This document shows, piece after piece, positions 50,008-64,000 of a stretch of DNA of 64,000 nucleotides. Both the position numbers and the translations under genes were made by a program. The notes below the pieces were generated by a model. The model had not been told where the DNA came from. It worked only from the letters and a program-made list of their open reading frames with translations, and did no database searches. Each line of letters starts with the position of its first letter. Position 1 is the stretch's first letter. Source of the DNA: Epiperipatus broadwayi. Its lineage: Eukaryota > Animalia > Onychophora. Location of the stretch: contig JAQFVV010000005.1 in NCBI GenBank assembly GCA_028023455.1, positions 496,001 through 560,000 of the forward strand, written 5' to 3'.

Positions 50008-50352
50008 AATCTCCATGTAATAGAGCCACCCAGTGTAAGCCTTAGTAACCAATGGATGCAAGAAGGTTTGTGCATAAAATTCCTATTTAGTGCTTACTAA
50101 TCTACTAATCCAATATCCACAGATTAATTTATAGCTTGTGGTTTTTATTACTAAGAAGATTTAGATCTGAGAGCACTGCATCTAGATTTTAGCACTGCAC
50201 ATAGGATCTAATAATGCAGTGCTCTCCACAAACTAAAAACTAGTCTGGGGTTATTGGATAGGTAGGCACTAGTAGCGATTTTATGCACAAACCTTCTTGC
50301 ATCCATTGATTACTCTAGCTTACACTGTGTGGAACTACTGAATAAAGAGTTT
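50008..50352. mobile_element. Old, degraded HHR family A palindrome
   Basis: Inverted arms with family A blocks (TTTGTGCATAAAAT, ACTAGTCTGGGG, GAGAGCACTGCA); both HHR cores destroyed; no clear TSD. Confidence 0.8.
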
Positions 50353-53300
50353 GAAATATTTCTTTTGTTTTTTTTCTTTTAACTGGTTCAAATTAAAAAC
50401 TTCCCCATCAGTCAGTGTTCCAAATACTAAATAAAAAACAAATTTGAAGTTAGTGTAGACTTTTGCTAATTTTTAGTTATATAATTCAATATTTTTTTAA
50501 TAGCAGCAATAATCCTTCTTTTATTACATTATGTAGAAGCTGTGTAAATGTGAATGAACTTTGATGGATAACTATTGTCACAAACTTTTTCGATTAAGTG
50601 AATCACATGTCTTGATTAATTTAATTATAATTATGCACTCTTTCACATATATTAGTGAAGCATAGACGTATAGGGAAAAACTTTTATCAAGTACATTTTT
50701 TTAAAACAGTATGTGATTAAACAACTTTCAACTATTACAAGTCATAGACGTAGAATAAGTTGGGAAGTAATAACACCAATATATATATAATCATTAAAAT
50801 TAGTCAACACTTAGACAATACCAATATTAATAACAATCAAACAATCTCAATCTGTTGTCAAGGCAATGTCCTTTTAACAACGAAGGTGAAATTCCATACA
50901 TGTTTCATTTTTTATGAAAAAACATTTTTATTTACATAATAAGATCTCCATGACTGTCATTGTTTTGAAAACACCTTTTAATATGTGTCTGCCACTGCTG
51001 ATGTACATGTATCAGCACAGCTGAAATTAATCTTGTAATGATATTGTTGATACATTATCTAAGATGATTTATGTTTTGTATCTTTTCCTGATACACCATG
51101 GCTTTCAATTGCCCCTCAAAGATAAATCAAGTAGGTGAGATCTGGGGATCTGGGAGATCACTCCAACCAATTCACGCATAGGGATATATGGAAACTTATG
51201 GACCATCCCATATATATATATATGAAATAGAACCAATATTACATTGCTAAGCAAAATATAAAATATTACTGACATCAAATATTACCTTAATTTCAGCAGC
51301 ACTCCCTTGTAAAATAAATAAAAAAGCTCTGCTTAAATTAAAATAACAGTTGGGGTCAGTCAATAATATACAATATAAAATCAGAGTTTATTCCAAAGTA
51401 TTTTGATATATATAGTATCAGATCACCATAATCATTAAGAATCTAATCAGTTGAGGGTGCCACTGAGCTACTTACTAGGTTAGACAATTTATTTGGGGTG
51501 ACCAAGTATTCACTAATGACGATGAGCATCCTGACATAAAATAAATTACCTGCCCCTGACACTAGCACAGATCAGAGTAGGAGACTCTGAATTGTTTTAA
51601 TTGATAGACAGGCTCAGTGAACAAACATCAGCCAAATTAATTTAATAAACATAATAATAGTAAAGTTTATATTAAAATTAAAAGAAAAGAAATCAAAAAT
51701 TTAATGAATACGTCATCTATGGATGTTTTAACAGAGTACTGTATTATTGACAGCTTTGACAATTTATTTGATCCCGTACTTCAATTATTTCATAACGCTA
51801 AAATAATCTTTTAACAGCGTTTTAAAACAGGAAGTATAATCTATATGTGTAAATGACTTTTAACAGGAAAAAATAAAATATTCAATTTTATCTCATTGTA
51901 TGCTTACACATATACGGATGCAATAAGGATGCATGTGTATAGCAATATAACACCACCTATTGATTATAAAATAAATTAAGACGGGCTATTAAATATGAGA
52001 AAAGCACGATAAGCTCTAAGTTTACCATGCAAGAAATAAATTCGGCACTTGGTAATCCTGGGCTAAAAGCTTGACCGAAACATCATCAGAGACTGACAAA
52101 TTTGCCAATATGTTGTGATATTAATGAACTAAGCAGACATAGTAATTATGCCAAAGTTATGCATGCTATGACCAAGTAAATAGACAGCATTTCAGCTAGT
52201 AGGCTATCCAGGTGACCAGAGGAAATCCATTAATAATACTGAATGGGTAGATACTTAGCTACCCTAGTGAAATGAAAAAAGCCCTATAAAATAACAGTAG
52301 TATATATAGGAATAAGTTTTAAGTACCCACCCAAATGAATGAATACTTTTATATAAAGCATTAAAGAGGTTTAATAAATCTAAAATCAAATCACACATAT
52401 ATAAAATAAATTGAGCAATGGTAATTAAAAGAAAAGGTTAATTTTCAACATTATTACAATTCTCTTTAATTAAAAGATTTTGTGGATTGATTAAACTTCA
52501 GATTTGTTTTCTTAAAACTGATAAAAAAACTTAAGTTTTAAATATTTTACAAAAAAAGGGCAAAAGGATCAAATTATTCTACAATAGCAATATCTATTTT
52601 AAAATTAAGACCTCATTTAAAACTATCAAAACTCTAAACAAAAGGAGAATTCTTTGCAAAGTTATATTTTTTTAAACATCTTAAATTCCAAATTAAAGCA
52701 TATGCTAAAAGAAAAGTAAAACATTCATATATATATATGCATAAAAAAACATTTAAATATCTTATTGCAATTAATAAAAAAATATGCATATACCAAAAAG
52801 AAAACCCTTATAATAACTCTGGCTTATTTTAAGATAGATAAAAGTTTATATTACCAATAAGTCCTTAGAGGTTTATGCTTTAACTTCTACAATTTATTGA
52901 AGAGGTAGCTAGTCCATTTGATATTTGTCCTTTTCTGAGTGATCACATGAGAATCTTCTTAGTAGGTTGGCTTTAGGAAGTCAGCTTTCTAAAGATGTAT
53001 GATTTCATGACATATTGGAGGATGAAGGTTGGACTTAGAGCACAGAGAACACTTTGATGAAGTGCCTGGCCCAGCATATTTTGAAGAACATTACTAGGAA
53101 AAATTGAATGGTTCATTGTACTACTCTGGCTGCTTGTCAAGAAGTGGTAGTGGCATATCAGTAATTTTGATGGAGGAGCTGTTAAGAAGTGTGGCTTGTA
53201 ACAATGACTGATCAATGAATGCTTCTGATGAAAAAATAGCTTCTGGTAATTCCTCCTAGCTTGACTGCTTTCTGAATCTTTTATCTTTTCTGAATAAACT

Positions 53301-53829
53301 GGATGCTTTCTTAATAAACTAGATAGCTTGAATGAAACAATATATTTTGGGGAGCTTGTATACTCATTGATTCTATTGTTCATCCATACAAATTTTTCTA
53401 GAATTTTAAAAATTAGCATTTCAAAATAGCTAGATTTTTAAAATTAAGTCATTCCTATAATTATTTCACAAATAAGCCATGTTTTTAATTAATTATTTTT
53501 ACATTCCATGCTAATTACTTTTATTACAATATTTTATTTTTTATTACAACAGATACAAATTTTATTTATATATTAGGCATTGTTCTCCAAAGTTTTAAAA
53601 TAATCTTATCCAAAAGATAAAGACTTTATTTATAAAGTTTATTGAAAAAAAAAATTGGACATTACTGTTAAATAAAATTATCTATTGATTCATGAGTGTG
53701 CATGTCTACATGTGAGCATACTTTTCTAACACATTTACTTAGCAAAATTTTAAAATTAATTTACAAACAGAAATTTTAGCTGAAATCCCCCTCTTCTAAC
53801 ATAATAGTATGGATTTGGGGATGGTGAAA

Positions 53830-54400
53830 AATCATCATCATCGATCCCAAGTCAAAATATAAATAATATAATAAGCATGAGAGACAAGAGATCCAAGATC
53901 AGCTCTGATTATAAGTAATTATTAGTTCACCAGTATTACATAAAAGCAATAATCATTCATCAGCATAAATGATCAACAATAAAAATAAATCAACAGTCAA
54001 TCTTATGACCAGATTTGAAATGGGTCTACTATAGACCAGACTAATTATTTAACCCTTGCCAGTTTGGGCAGATTATTTAAACAATAATTTGGATGCACAA
54101 ACTTAATTGCTAATCCATAAAAATATAACAATTAAAAGTAATGCTGGGATACTAAAATATCCGGATCATCATCAATTCTCTGAACACTTAGTTTCATTAA
54201 TGTACTGGCCCATTATAAACTTAATTTCTAAATAAATAATTAAAATGAAATGTAGTGTATGAACTTTAAAAAATATTCCCTTTGCACCATCCAGCATCAA
54301 CATTATTTGGATGTCCATAACACTAAACATAAATCCCTTTTATATAATAGACCATTATGCATGAATTAGGCTCAGAGAACAAAGATATATATATATATCA
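53830..54400 (+). repeat. Interspersed repeat with an inverted partner at 58420-58980
   Basis: Blocks GATTTGAAATGGGTCTACT, CATTAATGTACTGGCC and AATCAACAGTCAATC recur reverse-complemented at ~58560-58790. Confidence 0.75.
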
Positions 54401-57400
54401 CAAAGATATAATATTCTAAAACTATTTAGGATTAAGTGAATTCACTGGAATAACTTTAACAATAAAATATCAGTTTGAGAATAACAATTAAAATGAAATT
54501 AAGATCTGCAGTATACAGTTATAGTATAAATTAAGCCTTCTAATGTGATTAAGATCAAAAAGAAATCCACCATCAGCATAATGACATGTCTGTATAATAT
54601 AAAATGAACATATTTAAAGTGTCATAAACTAATAATAAAAATATGATTAATATTTACATATATGTGTCTACATGACACTTATCTACATAAGCACACAGAC
54701 CTGCTGTGACATATGGTAATTCTCATATAATAATAAAAAAGCTATCACCATGTTAATAATACATACATAATGACTGTTTTCACATATATGTGGGTATACA
54801 TTGGTGTTTATATTATATATTTTAATTTGTCTAAATAAACTTATTATAAATATCATATTTTTCACAATTAATTCTATGTTGAAAATATACATAAAATTCA
54901 CACATAATATGAATCAAAGTTTTAATTCATTCATTATTTCTAATGGTAAAAAAAGTTTTTTTTTTTTTAAAAAAAAAAGAAAAAAATTATCATTAGATTT
55001 AATTTGAAAAGTTCTTTCCTTTTGATTAATTAAACATATTCCAGCAAGTTCTTTTGTTTTTTAATGTAGAAAGATTTTTGGAGTTTACTTTTTTTAAAAA
55101 ACTAAAATCATCTATGAATCAATTCTTTATGATTTTAGACTTATAATTCAAGCAAAAATTATTTACTTGTCTTACTTTTAAATTAGAGATTTTAACTGTT
55201 ATTTTCACTAAATTATTTAAAATATCATTTTCAATATATATAACACACTCTACTCACCAGATGACTTTTATATGTATCTGACATAGTATTTTTATTTGAG
55301 CATCTCTGCATATAGATAAAACAATAGATGTATAAATTTTGGAAAGCTGATGGAAACTCTAGCTAAGCTAGTCTCTTCTAACAGTATAATGGATTATTGT
55401 TGTCTTTGGAAAAAGTATAATCCAGTAACTGTTGGCTTGCAGTGAGCTCCCTTCAGTCTCTATATCACCTAATACACACATATGTACAAGCTATGAGCCA
55501 TATAAAAGCAGGCTCTTGGTTCCATGTGAATTCCACTATTATGAAATAGTAGCAGGAGCTGGACTTGCATTGTCTTGCCTTCAGTTATATCTTCAAAGCA
55601 ACTCTGTATAACACTAAAATTTTTAAAAAAAAACCTCTAAAACTCACCTAATCTTTTTTCAACTTTTTTATAGTCAGGCTGGGAAAAAGCACTATAATTA
55701 AAAGCAAGTTTTTTTATCTTGATTGAAAAAAGTTAATGATTCATTTCAATTTACTTTAATTCTTTCAAAAACAACTTTGTAGAATTTTTATCAAAGCATT
55801 AAAAAAATTTGCTTTAATTAAAATAGATAGTGGAATTTTATAATTGCCAGTATATCTATTGTAACATAAAACCATGCTTGTTTTAATTTCAAAATTAGAA
55901 TTAATAAAATATTTAAACCTTTTTAAATGCCCAATTTATAATAAAAAAATTAAAATTCAAAATTATTTAATCCTAACTGTTATGTCAGTGTAATATAGAA
56001 AATATGTGCAAATTTTTTTGCCTGTGTTTATTTCTATTTTTTTCAACTTTATATATATACACACACACACTATATGCTGTTGTATGCAATGAAACCTAAC
56101 CATCTCAATATATATCTTAAATCATAAGGGCTAGCAGCTAATTGCCTTATTATATGTAAATTAAATCAGTTCATTTACTTGTTAATTATAGTACTATATT
56201 GACTACATATTGCTGATATTATATCAGTTTGTTCAAACATGAGAACTGTGTTAATGTAATATATGCCTTGAAAACAGTTTGAGATTAATGATATTGGGAT
56301 TGTCTAAGTGTTGTGACAAGATAATGATAATTGAACTCCATCACAAGATAGTATCAGTTAGCCCCATAAATAAAATATGTTGAAGAATTAAATAAAAAAC
56401 ATTCAAATAGATAAGCATTGTAGACTTAATATATATATAATGTAACCAGTTGGATTACATGATACACAGCAATGTAGTTGTGTATGTGCATATATAAAGT
56501 AAAGTAAAAGTAGAAATAAACACAGATACATAAATTTGTGTAGATATTTTATACATTTCATTTGGAACTACAATGACTGCAAACGGTTAAATAGTTCTGG
56601 ATTTAAAACAGAATTTTATTATGAAACAAGTATTTAAATGTTCTAAATAAATCAATATTATATTTTGATTTTAAATTTAAAAACAAGCATGGTTTATTTT
56701 TTTTATTAATGCTCATATACAATTCTCTAAGTAAAAACATGTACATGACATTTTAGTAGTAATCTAAAAGTAGCTTTTGATTAAAACAGTTTTTAATAAT
56801 AGCCAGAAAAAACTCTGTTTTCAGTTAAGATTCTTTATCACCTCAGACGAATCATATAAAAAGTGCTAATAAAAATATCAGTTCAGTTTGGTTTTAATAT
56901 TTTTGAGCAGTTGGCCAAATTGACCAGCTGCAAAGTTGGTTATAATATTATGTTGCAGCTTGTGGAAGTTGGCAGCAATTGGTTTTAGTTGGCCAGAGTA
57001 GCAGTTGTTTCTATGGAATGACCATGGAATAATGCAAGAAGGGCAAGGGCAGAAGCAGTGCTCTATTGTTTTCACTGTGCTGGAGTTGATTCACATAAAG
57101 TCTGGATCAACTTTTAATGAGTCTAGCCTACTTAAATGTGTTCTAGAAGACATTTTTCCTGAAGTATGCCAATCCTGGATAGAAAGGAACCAATCAAGAC
57201 CAACAAATTACCTAAATTATTACTTTCCTGATGGACCAAAAACCAAAATCACCAAGAGAAAGCTTGATATAGTTATATATATGCTGTTGTGTCTGTATGC
57301 AGAGAAGTACAGATAAATGTAAATACAGTTGGTGGTGAGTAGTGTTATATATAATAAAATTTTAAATGATTTCCTTAGTAAAATTGAGCTTTTAATCTAT

Positions 57401-58419
57401 AACTTAAAATAAAACAAATAAATATAATTTGCTTGAATCAAACATCTAAAAGAGTGATGATTTTGATATAAATATAAAGAAATTATTTTAATACTCCTTA
57501 AAATGACTTTTAACTTACAATTTAATGTAAAACAAATTAATAATTTGTTTGAGCGACATGTATAAAAGAAATGAGCAATCCACAGATGATTATATATATA
57601 TCATTGAACAAATTATTTTAATAATTTCCTAAAAATGACATTTTAAAAATACCAGCAAATAATTTTGCTTGGATTAAAAAAAATCTAGAAGTAAAGACTT
57701 AATTCATTGAGCATGTTTTTAAAAGAAAAAAAGTTGATATTTTTATTAAGAGGAAAAAAAGAACTGACAAACTGATATTTTTTTTAAAAAAGAAGCAAAA
57801 AAGAAACTATAGTCATTAAAAATAGAATTTGATAACTAATTTTAAATCATATCTATAGTTTATTGACATACACATGTATATGTGAATTTAAAGTATTTTA
57901 ACCAAGGAATTAACTATAAAAATATATTATTGTAACCAATTAAAATAGGTAGACATCAATGTGCATATATACATGCACACACATATATGTAAAATTTTAA
58001 TCATTTATTGTATTTTATATGATTCAAATATGTCTAGGAGTTATACTGCATATGTCTGTGCAAAATAGACACAAAATTTAAACATCATTATTGACATATA
58101 TTCATGTAATAGTAAAATGCACAGCTGTGCACATATATGTGTGTGTTATATGTAAACCACCATATAGTAACTTGAATTTGTATATTATTCATGCAAATCA
58201 CAATGTGATAATTTTTATTGTATGTTAATCAAAATCAGAAGACTTTAGTGTGTATAGCCATATTCTAAAGACTTTAATATTCATTTATTTATTTTATTGT
58301 TGTTAATAAACTTGAATTCAATTGTTAAAAATTGTATTGCATCATCTTTTGGTACCATAGCAATACTTGAACTGGGGTTCTTTTGAGCTAGATTTGAGCA
58401 AAATGGTCTGATATATTAA

Positions 58420-58980
58420 ATGTGGATGTATATTGATGCTTTTGGGCATCACAGTGATGATAAATTATCATCACTCTGGTTGGCCCAAAAGATTATATTC
58501 TTTAAAGCCCATGCACTACATTTTATTTAGTTTAGTTTATTAGAAATTGACTTTATAATTGGCCAGTACATTAATGGTACTAAGTGACCAGAGCATTGAT
58601 GATGATCAGCATGTTTTAATGTCTCAGCATTTTTGTTTTAATTATTATGCACACTGATGAATAAGCACTTAGTTTGTATGTCCAAATTATATTTAAATAA
58701 ATGCCCTAAACTAGCAAAGGTTCAATAGTTAGCCTGATCTACAGTAGACCCATTTCAAATCCAATCACCAGATTGACTGTTGATTTTTATTTTGTATTCT
58801 TTGAATCCAGCCACAAGATGGACTGTTGATTGTATTTTTATTGTTGATCATTCATGATGATGGATGATTTTTACTTATTGATAATGCCGGTTGGTGTATA
58901 GTTAATCATGATTGCTCTAAGAAGGTTATTGGGCTAATCTCTCACAGAGATCTCATCTTTCATGCTCTTATTCATGCTCT
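58420..58980 (-). repeat. Inverted copy of 53830-54400 repeat
   Basis: GGCCAGTACATTAATG, AGTAGACCCATTTCAAATC and GATTGACTGTTGATT are reverse complements of blocks in 53830-54400. Confidence 0.75.
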
Positions 58981-61900
58981 TTTTAATATATAAAATTCTT
59001 ATATATTTGTAAACATTTTTTTAATATCATTTATTAAATAGTAAAATAGCTCTCTTTAATATCTTAATCTTATATAACAAATATTATATAGAAGTTTGTT
59101 TTTGTTTCTTATCAAAGTTAAAAATTTGAAAAATATATTTTATTTATGTGTTTGTATTGAAGAGATATTGTATTTTGTTAATTAATTGATTTATCTGGAG
59201 ATTTAATTAGACAAGAATAGTGATAAAAATATAATCTGACAGCAATTTCTTTTTATGTGTATTTTTATAAATAAGTTTTAAAATGAATGTTGGGGGAGAG
59301 TGTCTGAACTTGGAAGGTTTTTTTTTAACAGAGAGAATGGCAAGCCGTATTTCTGGAAAAAAAACTTTAGGTGGAGAAAAAATTAATTGAAGCTCTGCCC
59401 TAAAAAACTCTAAAATGCTGATAAGAATTACATAATCACGTATCACTGTTCCATCGATCCCTTACAGGGAATAATGAACATTGGTATTGCATGATTTACT
59501 AATTCTTGTCTTTGCCAGAGTGTTGTTTGCTGATTTGATTAAAGGAAGAAAGATGGAGTAGAAGTTCACTTTAGTACACTGGTCTTTTCTTTTCTCCCTC
59601 ATAACCATGTGAGCATATATATATATAATTACTGACTCCAATGCCTGCCTAATGGAAAAATGATCATGTAAATATCTGTATATAACTAAATCCAAATCCT
59701 TTGGCCTCCACTTTTGTAGCTTTACACATGAAAAATATGCTGGAAGTCTTTAAGAGTGTATCAATATTTTTGGAAGAAAAAGGAAAAGTAGTATTATAAC
59801 AGATTAAAATATTTTTTAAACCTATTTAATATATGACATTGATTTATTTTTATATCAAAACAATTTATGAATTAATCAATATATTATTATGATAATAATT
59901 TTTATTATTATTATTGTAAATGCAATTGATAATTTAATTTTTAAGTACATATATGTATGAGGGTGTAAATGAAGTATCATTTATTTTATTTTGTATAGAA
60001 ATATTTAACTTTTTAAAATTCACTGTTCTTTAATTATGTATTAATTTTTGATAATATATGTGAGTATATATGTGTATATAACTGTATATCTCCATGTAAG
60101 CCAAAGAAAAGGGGAAGGGTTCACGTATATGTACATATTGTATTCTTCGAAAGATTATTTTGTGTTGAATTGTGATTGTGGGTTTTATTTGCTTTATTTA
60201 ATATTAATAAACTAGATATGAAATTGAAATAACATTTGATGTTCAATTTATTTGCCCAACTTATAAATTATACACTTGTAAGTTTTTCCTACTGTATGAC
60301 ATTCACCTTGAGAGCTCAAAAGTATAACTGAGCTTGAATCTGGGATATGATGTAGGGAACTGTAGATGAATATCCCCTATTAGGATCTTATAAAGTATTC
60401 TTCCTCTGAATATGGCACATAGAGTCCATGTGATTCAGGTTTTATAAAAATACTTTATTAATAGCAAGTTTACTGATCTTTTTAGGAATTGATATCAAAA
60501 GGGTGATCCGTTTGATTCCTTTTAAAATAATATGTTTTATTGTCTATCTTTTAAGTGGCTTGAAATAATACTGCATATTCATTGTGAATGTGCTGTTAAA
60601 TTGACTTATGTACTTTACATTCAAGGTCTATAGTAGTTAAGTAATTAAATTAAATGTAGATTTCACTATGTAGAAACTTATAGCACCCATGTAGGTTTTG
60701 AATTAGTTGTGTTGTGAAGGATTATAAAGCAGAATATGGTAGAAGGAAATGGGTAGGTTCTTGCCTATAGTATAGTATATATTGTGCCCTTTTCTTTAGG
60801 TCAGAATAAATTTATTGTATCAATTTACTAAAAAAAATTAAAATTAAAAAGTGTTCTATTGGTATAAATACTATGTTATGCTGACAATCTTTTAAAAAGC
60901 TTAATTAAAATAAGATGAAAATATTTAATGCCTATAATTGTGCTAAAAGTATTTAAAACAGTTAAATAAAACTAAATATATAAATTGTATGTGGTTGGAA
61001 AAGCTGTCCATAATAAAATAGTATAGTAATAAGTCTTTTAAATAAGTATTAAAAGCTGTATTTTAAAAGCAATAACTTAAAATTAAATAAATATTATATT
61101 TTACAGTATAAATTATATTTAATAATTATATTTAAAATTATATGTTTTAAAAGTAGTCTTTGTAGTAGAAAAATGTATATTTAATTTTATGGTAACAAAA
61201 TTATTATTCAAAATTATATTAATATGTCATTATATAATAATTTGCAATTAAACATTTATTTTATTCCCAGACAGCAAAATTGGATATAGTCTGTCTAAGT
61301 TGTAAGTCATGTGACATGTAAATATTAGTACATGTGTGCTTGCCAGTTTTTTGTTAATAAAGTTTCAAAATTGGTTTAAAATTGCATTGTAGAATTGAAA
61401 ATATTTATTTATCTATCACAAGATAAAATATTAAAATTAGTTAGCATAAAATATTTACTTGGGGTTTTAAAATGAAAGTAGTTAGCAAAAATTAAATATT
61501 TTGTTTTACAGAAAAATGGATACATTAAAACTAGATGTTGAATAAATTGATAAAATGTTATTTCTAAAAGTCATTTTAAAATATTTAGTTATTTTTAATA
61601 AAGTATTAAAATAAATTTAGAATTAATATTTTTAAATAATATTTTAAAAAAAGAATGAGTCATTATTTTATTTTTTGATTTTAATTATGTAATATCAAAG
61701 TTATATGTAAATTAAGCTATCAGGTGCAAGTCTAATCAACCAATCAAAAGATGGATTTTTTTGGATATAAATACAGATGCTCAATTATTTTCAGTGTGCT
61801 TCTGTTAATTAAATCTGCTTCTGTTAATCAAGTTTGCTTTTTATTAGTTAAGCTTGTTTTAAAATTAGTCAATTCAATGCTACAACTCTCTAATAATTTA

Positions 61901-64000
61901 TTTTAAGATGAGAGAAGTGTACCAATTGAATTATTTTAACAAAGAGAGTATTATAAATAAATTATAAATTTATTATCTAAATTATGCACTGTTAGGCAGC
62001 TAAATTCCTTTACCAAACTTTTTGTCAAAATTTAATTTAAACATCTCATAAACATGGAAGTACCAAGAGGAAATACCTACCTGTATAAAGGGCTGTTGGA
62101 AGTAAAAGTTTTAATTAAAAATATAATTTTAGTAATTTTAATGGGGAGAAATATTTTACCGGCCATATTAATATGTTGGACATTATATAAGAAGCTGAAT
62201 GGGAAAATTGATAAGAAATTTAAAATAATAATGCATTTTCTTTTGGAAAGATAGTTGTATTGGAGACCGGAAAATAATATGGTAAAATTTTAAAATCTTT
62301 CAATAAGGTGAAAGTAAATATTATTTTAAAGTAAAAAATGCAGAAAATGTTTTCCGTTTTTGAAGAGAACATTATTAATAATTTATTTTAAACTGTCATA
62401 AAAAATAATGGTAAAATGGAGACAGTTATTTAAAGTACCTTACTTGATAAGTCTTTACTTTTTTTTTTTTAAAAAAAAAAGACTACATGCATTATAATAA
62501 CTTTTGGGAAAACCGATAATTGGAACTAATAATGGAAAAGAAAAGTATCCTTGGATAAATAATAAAATAACCTAACTGTAAAACTTTATATAATAGCTTT
62601 ACGTAAAATAATCAAATATCAATCTACTGGAATATTTTAATAAAAAATGTGCAAAAATTTATGTATATAAACACCAAAGTAAATATCACGCATCAGAGAT
62701 GCTACAAGCCAGCATAGGATCCTATTGGAATAAAAACTTTGAAGTATTATTTCTAAATATTATATGTTAAAATTATCTTCAATAATCACTGTTCTGAATA
62801 ATAGAAACAATGAACTATTATTTTTATAAACTTTCAAGAACAGATCAGTGAGGATTTTTATTAATAAATCTAGATTTCTGAAGTCGACTTATTTTTCTTT
62901 TCATGATTTTTTTTTTTTAATTTTGTTCATCATGTTTGGATGAAATTTACTGAGCATGCGTGCATCGAGGGAGAAATTATCGTCATTAAGTGTGAAGACA
63001 ATATTATAGCAACAAGTGCTGGTGGTTTCAATCGCCCATAAAGAGTTGGAAAAGAAATCCCGAAGAAAATAAAAACATTTTTTTTAAAAGAACATTTATC
63101 ACTGAAGTTTACATAGAAATGTTTTGATTTATTTTAAAACTAACTTTAGTATTAATTTTTATTTATAATTAGGAATAGGATAGGTATATAAAAGATTAAT
63201 TACTTACTAATAATATTATAATTTTTATAAAAGATATTTAATAATTTTAAAGAGTTTAATATTTTAAGTACGATAGTATTGAATGAATGTTACATTATGC
63301 AATATTTTTTATTTGATTGTGGACCAGAAGATGTCAAATAAGTGATTAACAAGTAGAAATATCACTTAGGTAATAGTTGTAAAATATTAATAATTTTATG
63401 ATGTATTTTTTTTCTTTTCTTTAGATTGTCAACGTATTATGTAATGTTATTGTATGAACATATGAGTATGTGTGAATACATTGTACACACATAAAACTTA
63501 TAGGAGTCAGAATTTATTTATTATAAAAATATGCATACTTTTATTCCATATTACTAATATATTATAACTTAATAATGAATATAATTATATGATTCTTTCA
63601 TAAAGAATTTTATTATTTCTTAAATGTTTAAAGTATTGATAATATTCATTTGTATTTTTGTTCAAGGATATTTGATAAGAAAGTGAAATAACCACTTCTT
63701 GTTGAACAGTTTAGATCATTATCTTTATAGGTGAATTTATTTATTATTTTAGAATATGTTGTAAGAATTTTTGTCGATGTAGATTGATAAATCTATAAGG
63801 AAATTTTTAAAGGGTAGTGACTTGGGAGTAATTTAAAAATGAAACCAAAGAGGTGCTTTTAATGTAGGTTTTGGTTATGGGAATAGGAATAATCTTTATG
63901 CTCTTAATAATTATGCAGGTACAGATAACAGAGCCCTGTAGCTTGTATATTTTTCATGGGCAGTGTTTTTATTTTTATACTGAATATTGATGTTCCAGAA

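Noticed and set aside
52060-52100. CTGATGA (minus) next to GAAAC (plus) as an HHR
   Set aside because: The two core halves are on opposite strands; no valid fold on either.
62054-62330. 66-aa ORF and partial inverted motifs as a gene or MITE
   Set aside because: No recognisable domain, splice signals, full TIR pair or TSD.

Overview
Strongly AT-rich animal genomic DNA (probably an arthropod; inferred from the TE and protein types). One host gene is well supported: a two-coding-exon nucleoredoxin/tryparedoxin-like thioredoxin (WCPPC) on the minus strand, 43332-43043 joined to 29976-29826 across a ~13 kb intron, 146 aa. The rest is mostly decayed mobile DNA: a hAT transposase pseudogene nested in an RTE LINE, other LINE remnants, a mariner remnant, two MITEs, Penelope-like elements (PLE; RT + C-terminal GIY-YIG) and tRNA-like insertions. 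The main hidden signal is a dense population of small non-coding elements carrying minimal type I hammerhead ribozymes (HHR) with palindromic stem III. They fall into at least five sequence-unrelated families (A, B, C, E and the PLE tail). Most are inserted as 3'-ends-outward inverted repeats, sometimes with tandem monomers of ~420-470 bp, and are flanked by ~10-14 bp target-site duplications (TSDs). A further family (D) has the same architecture but no recognisable hammerhead. The PLE tail carries a tRNA-like A/B-box directly upstream of its HHR. All calls were made by eye; none were run against databases or folding software.
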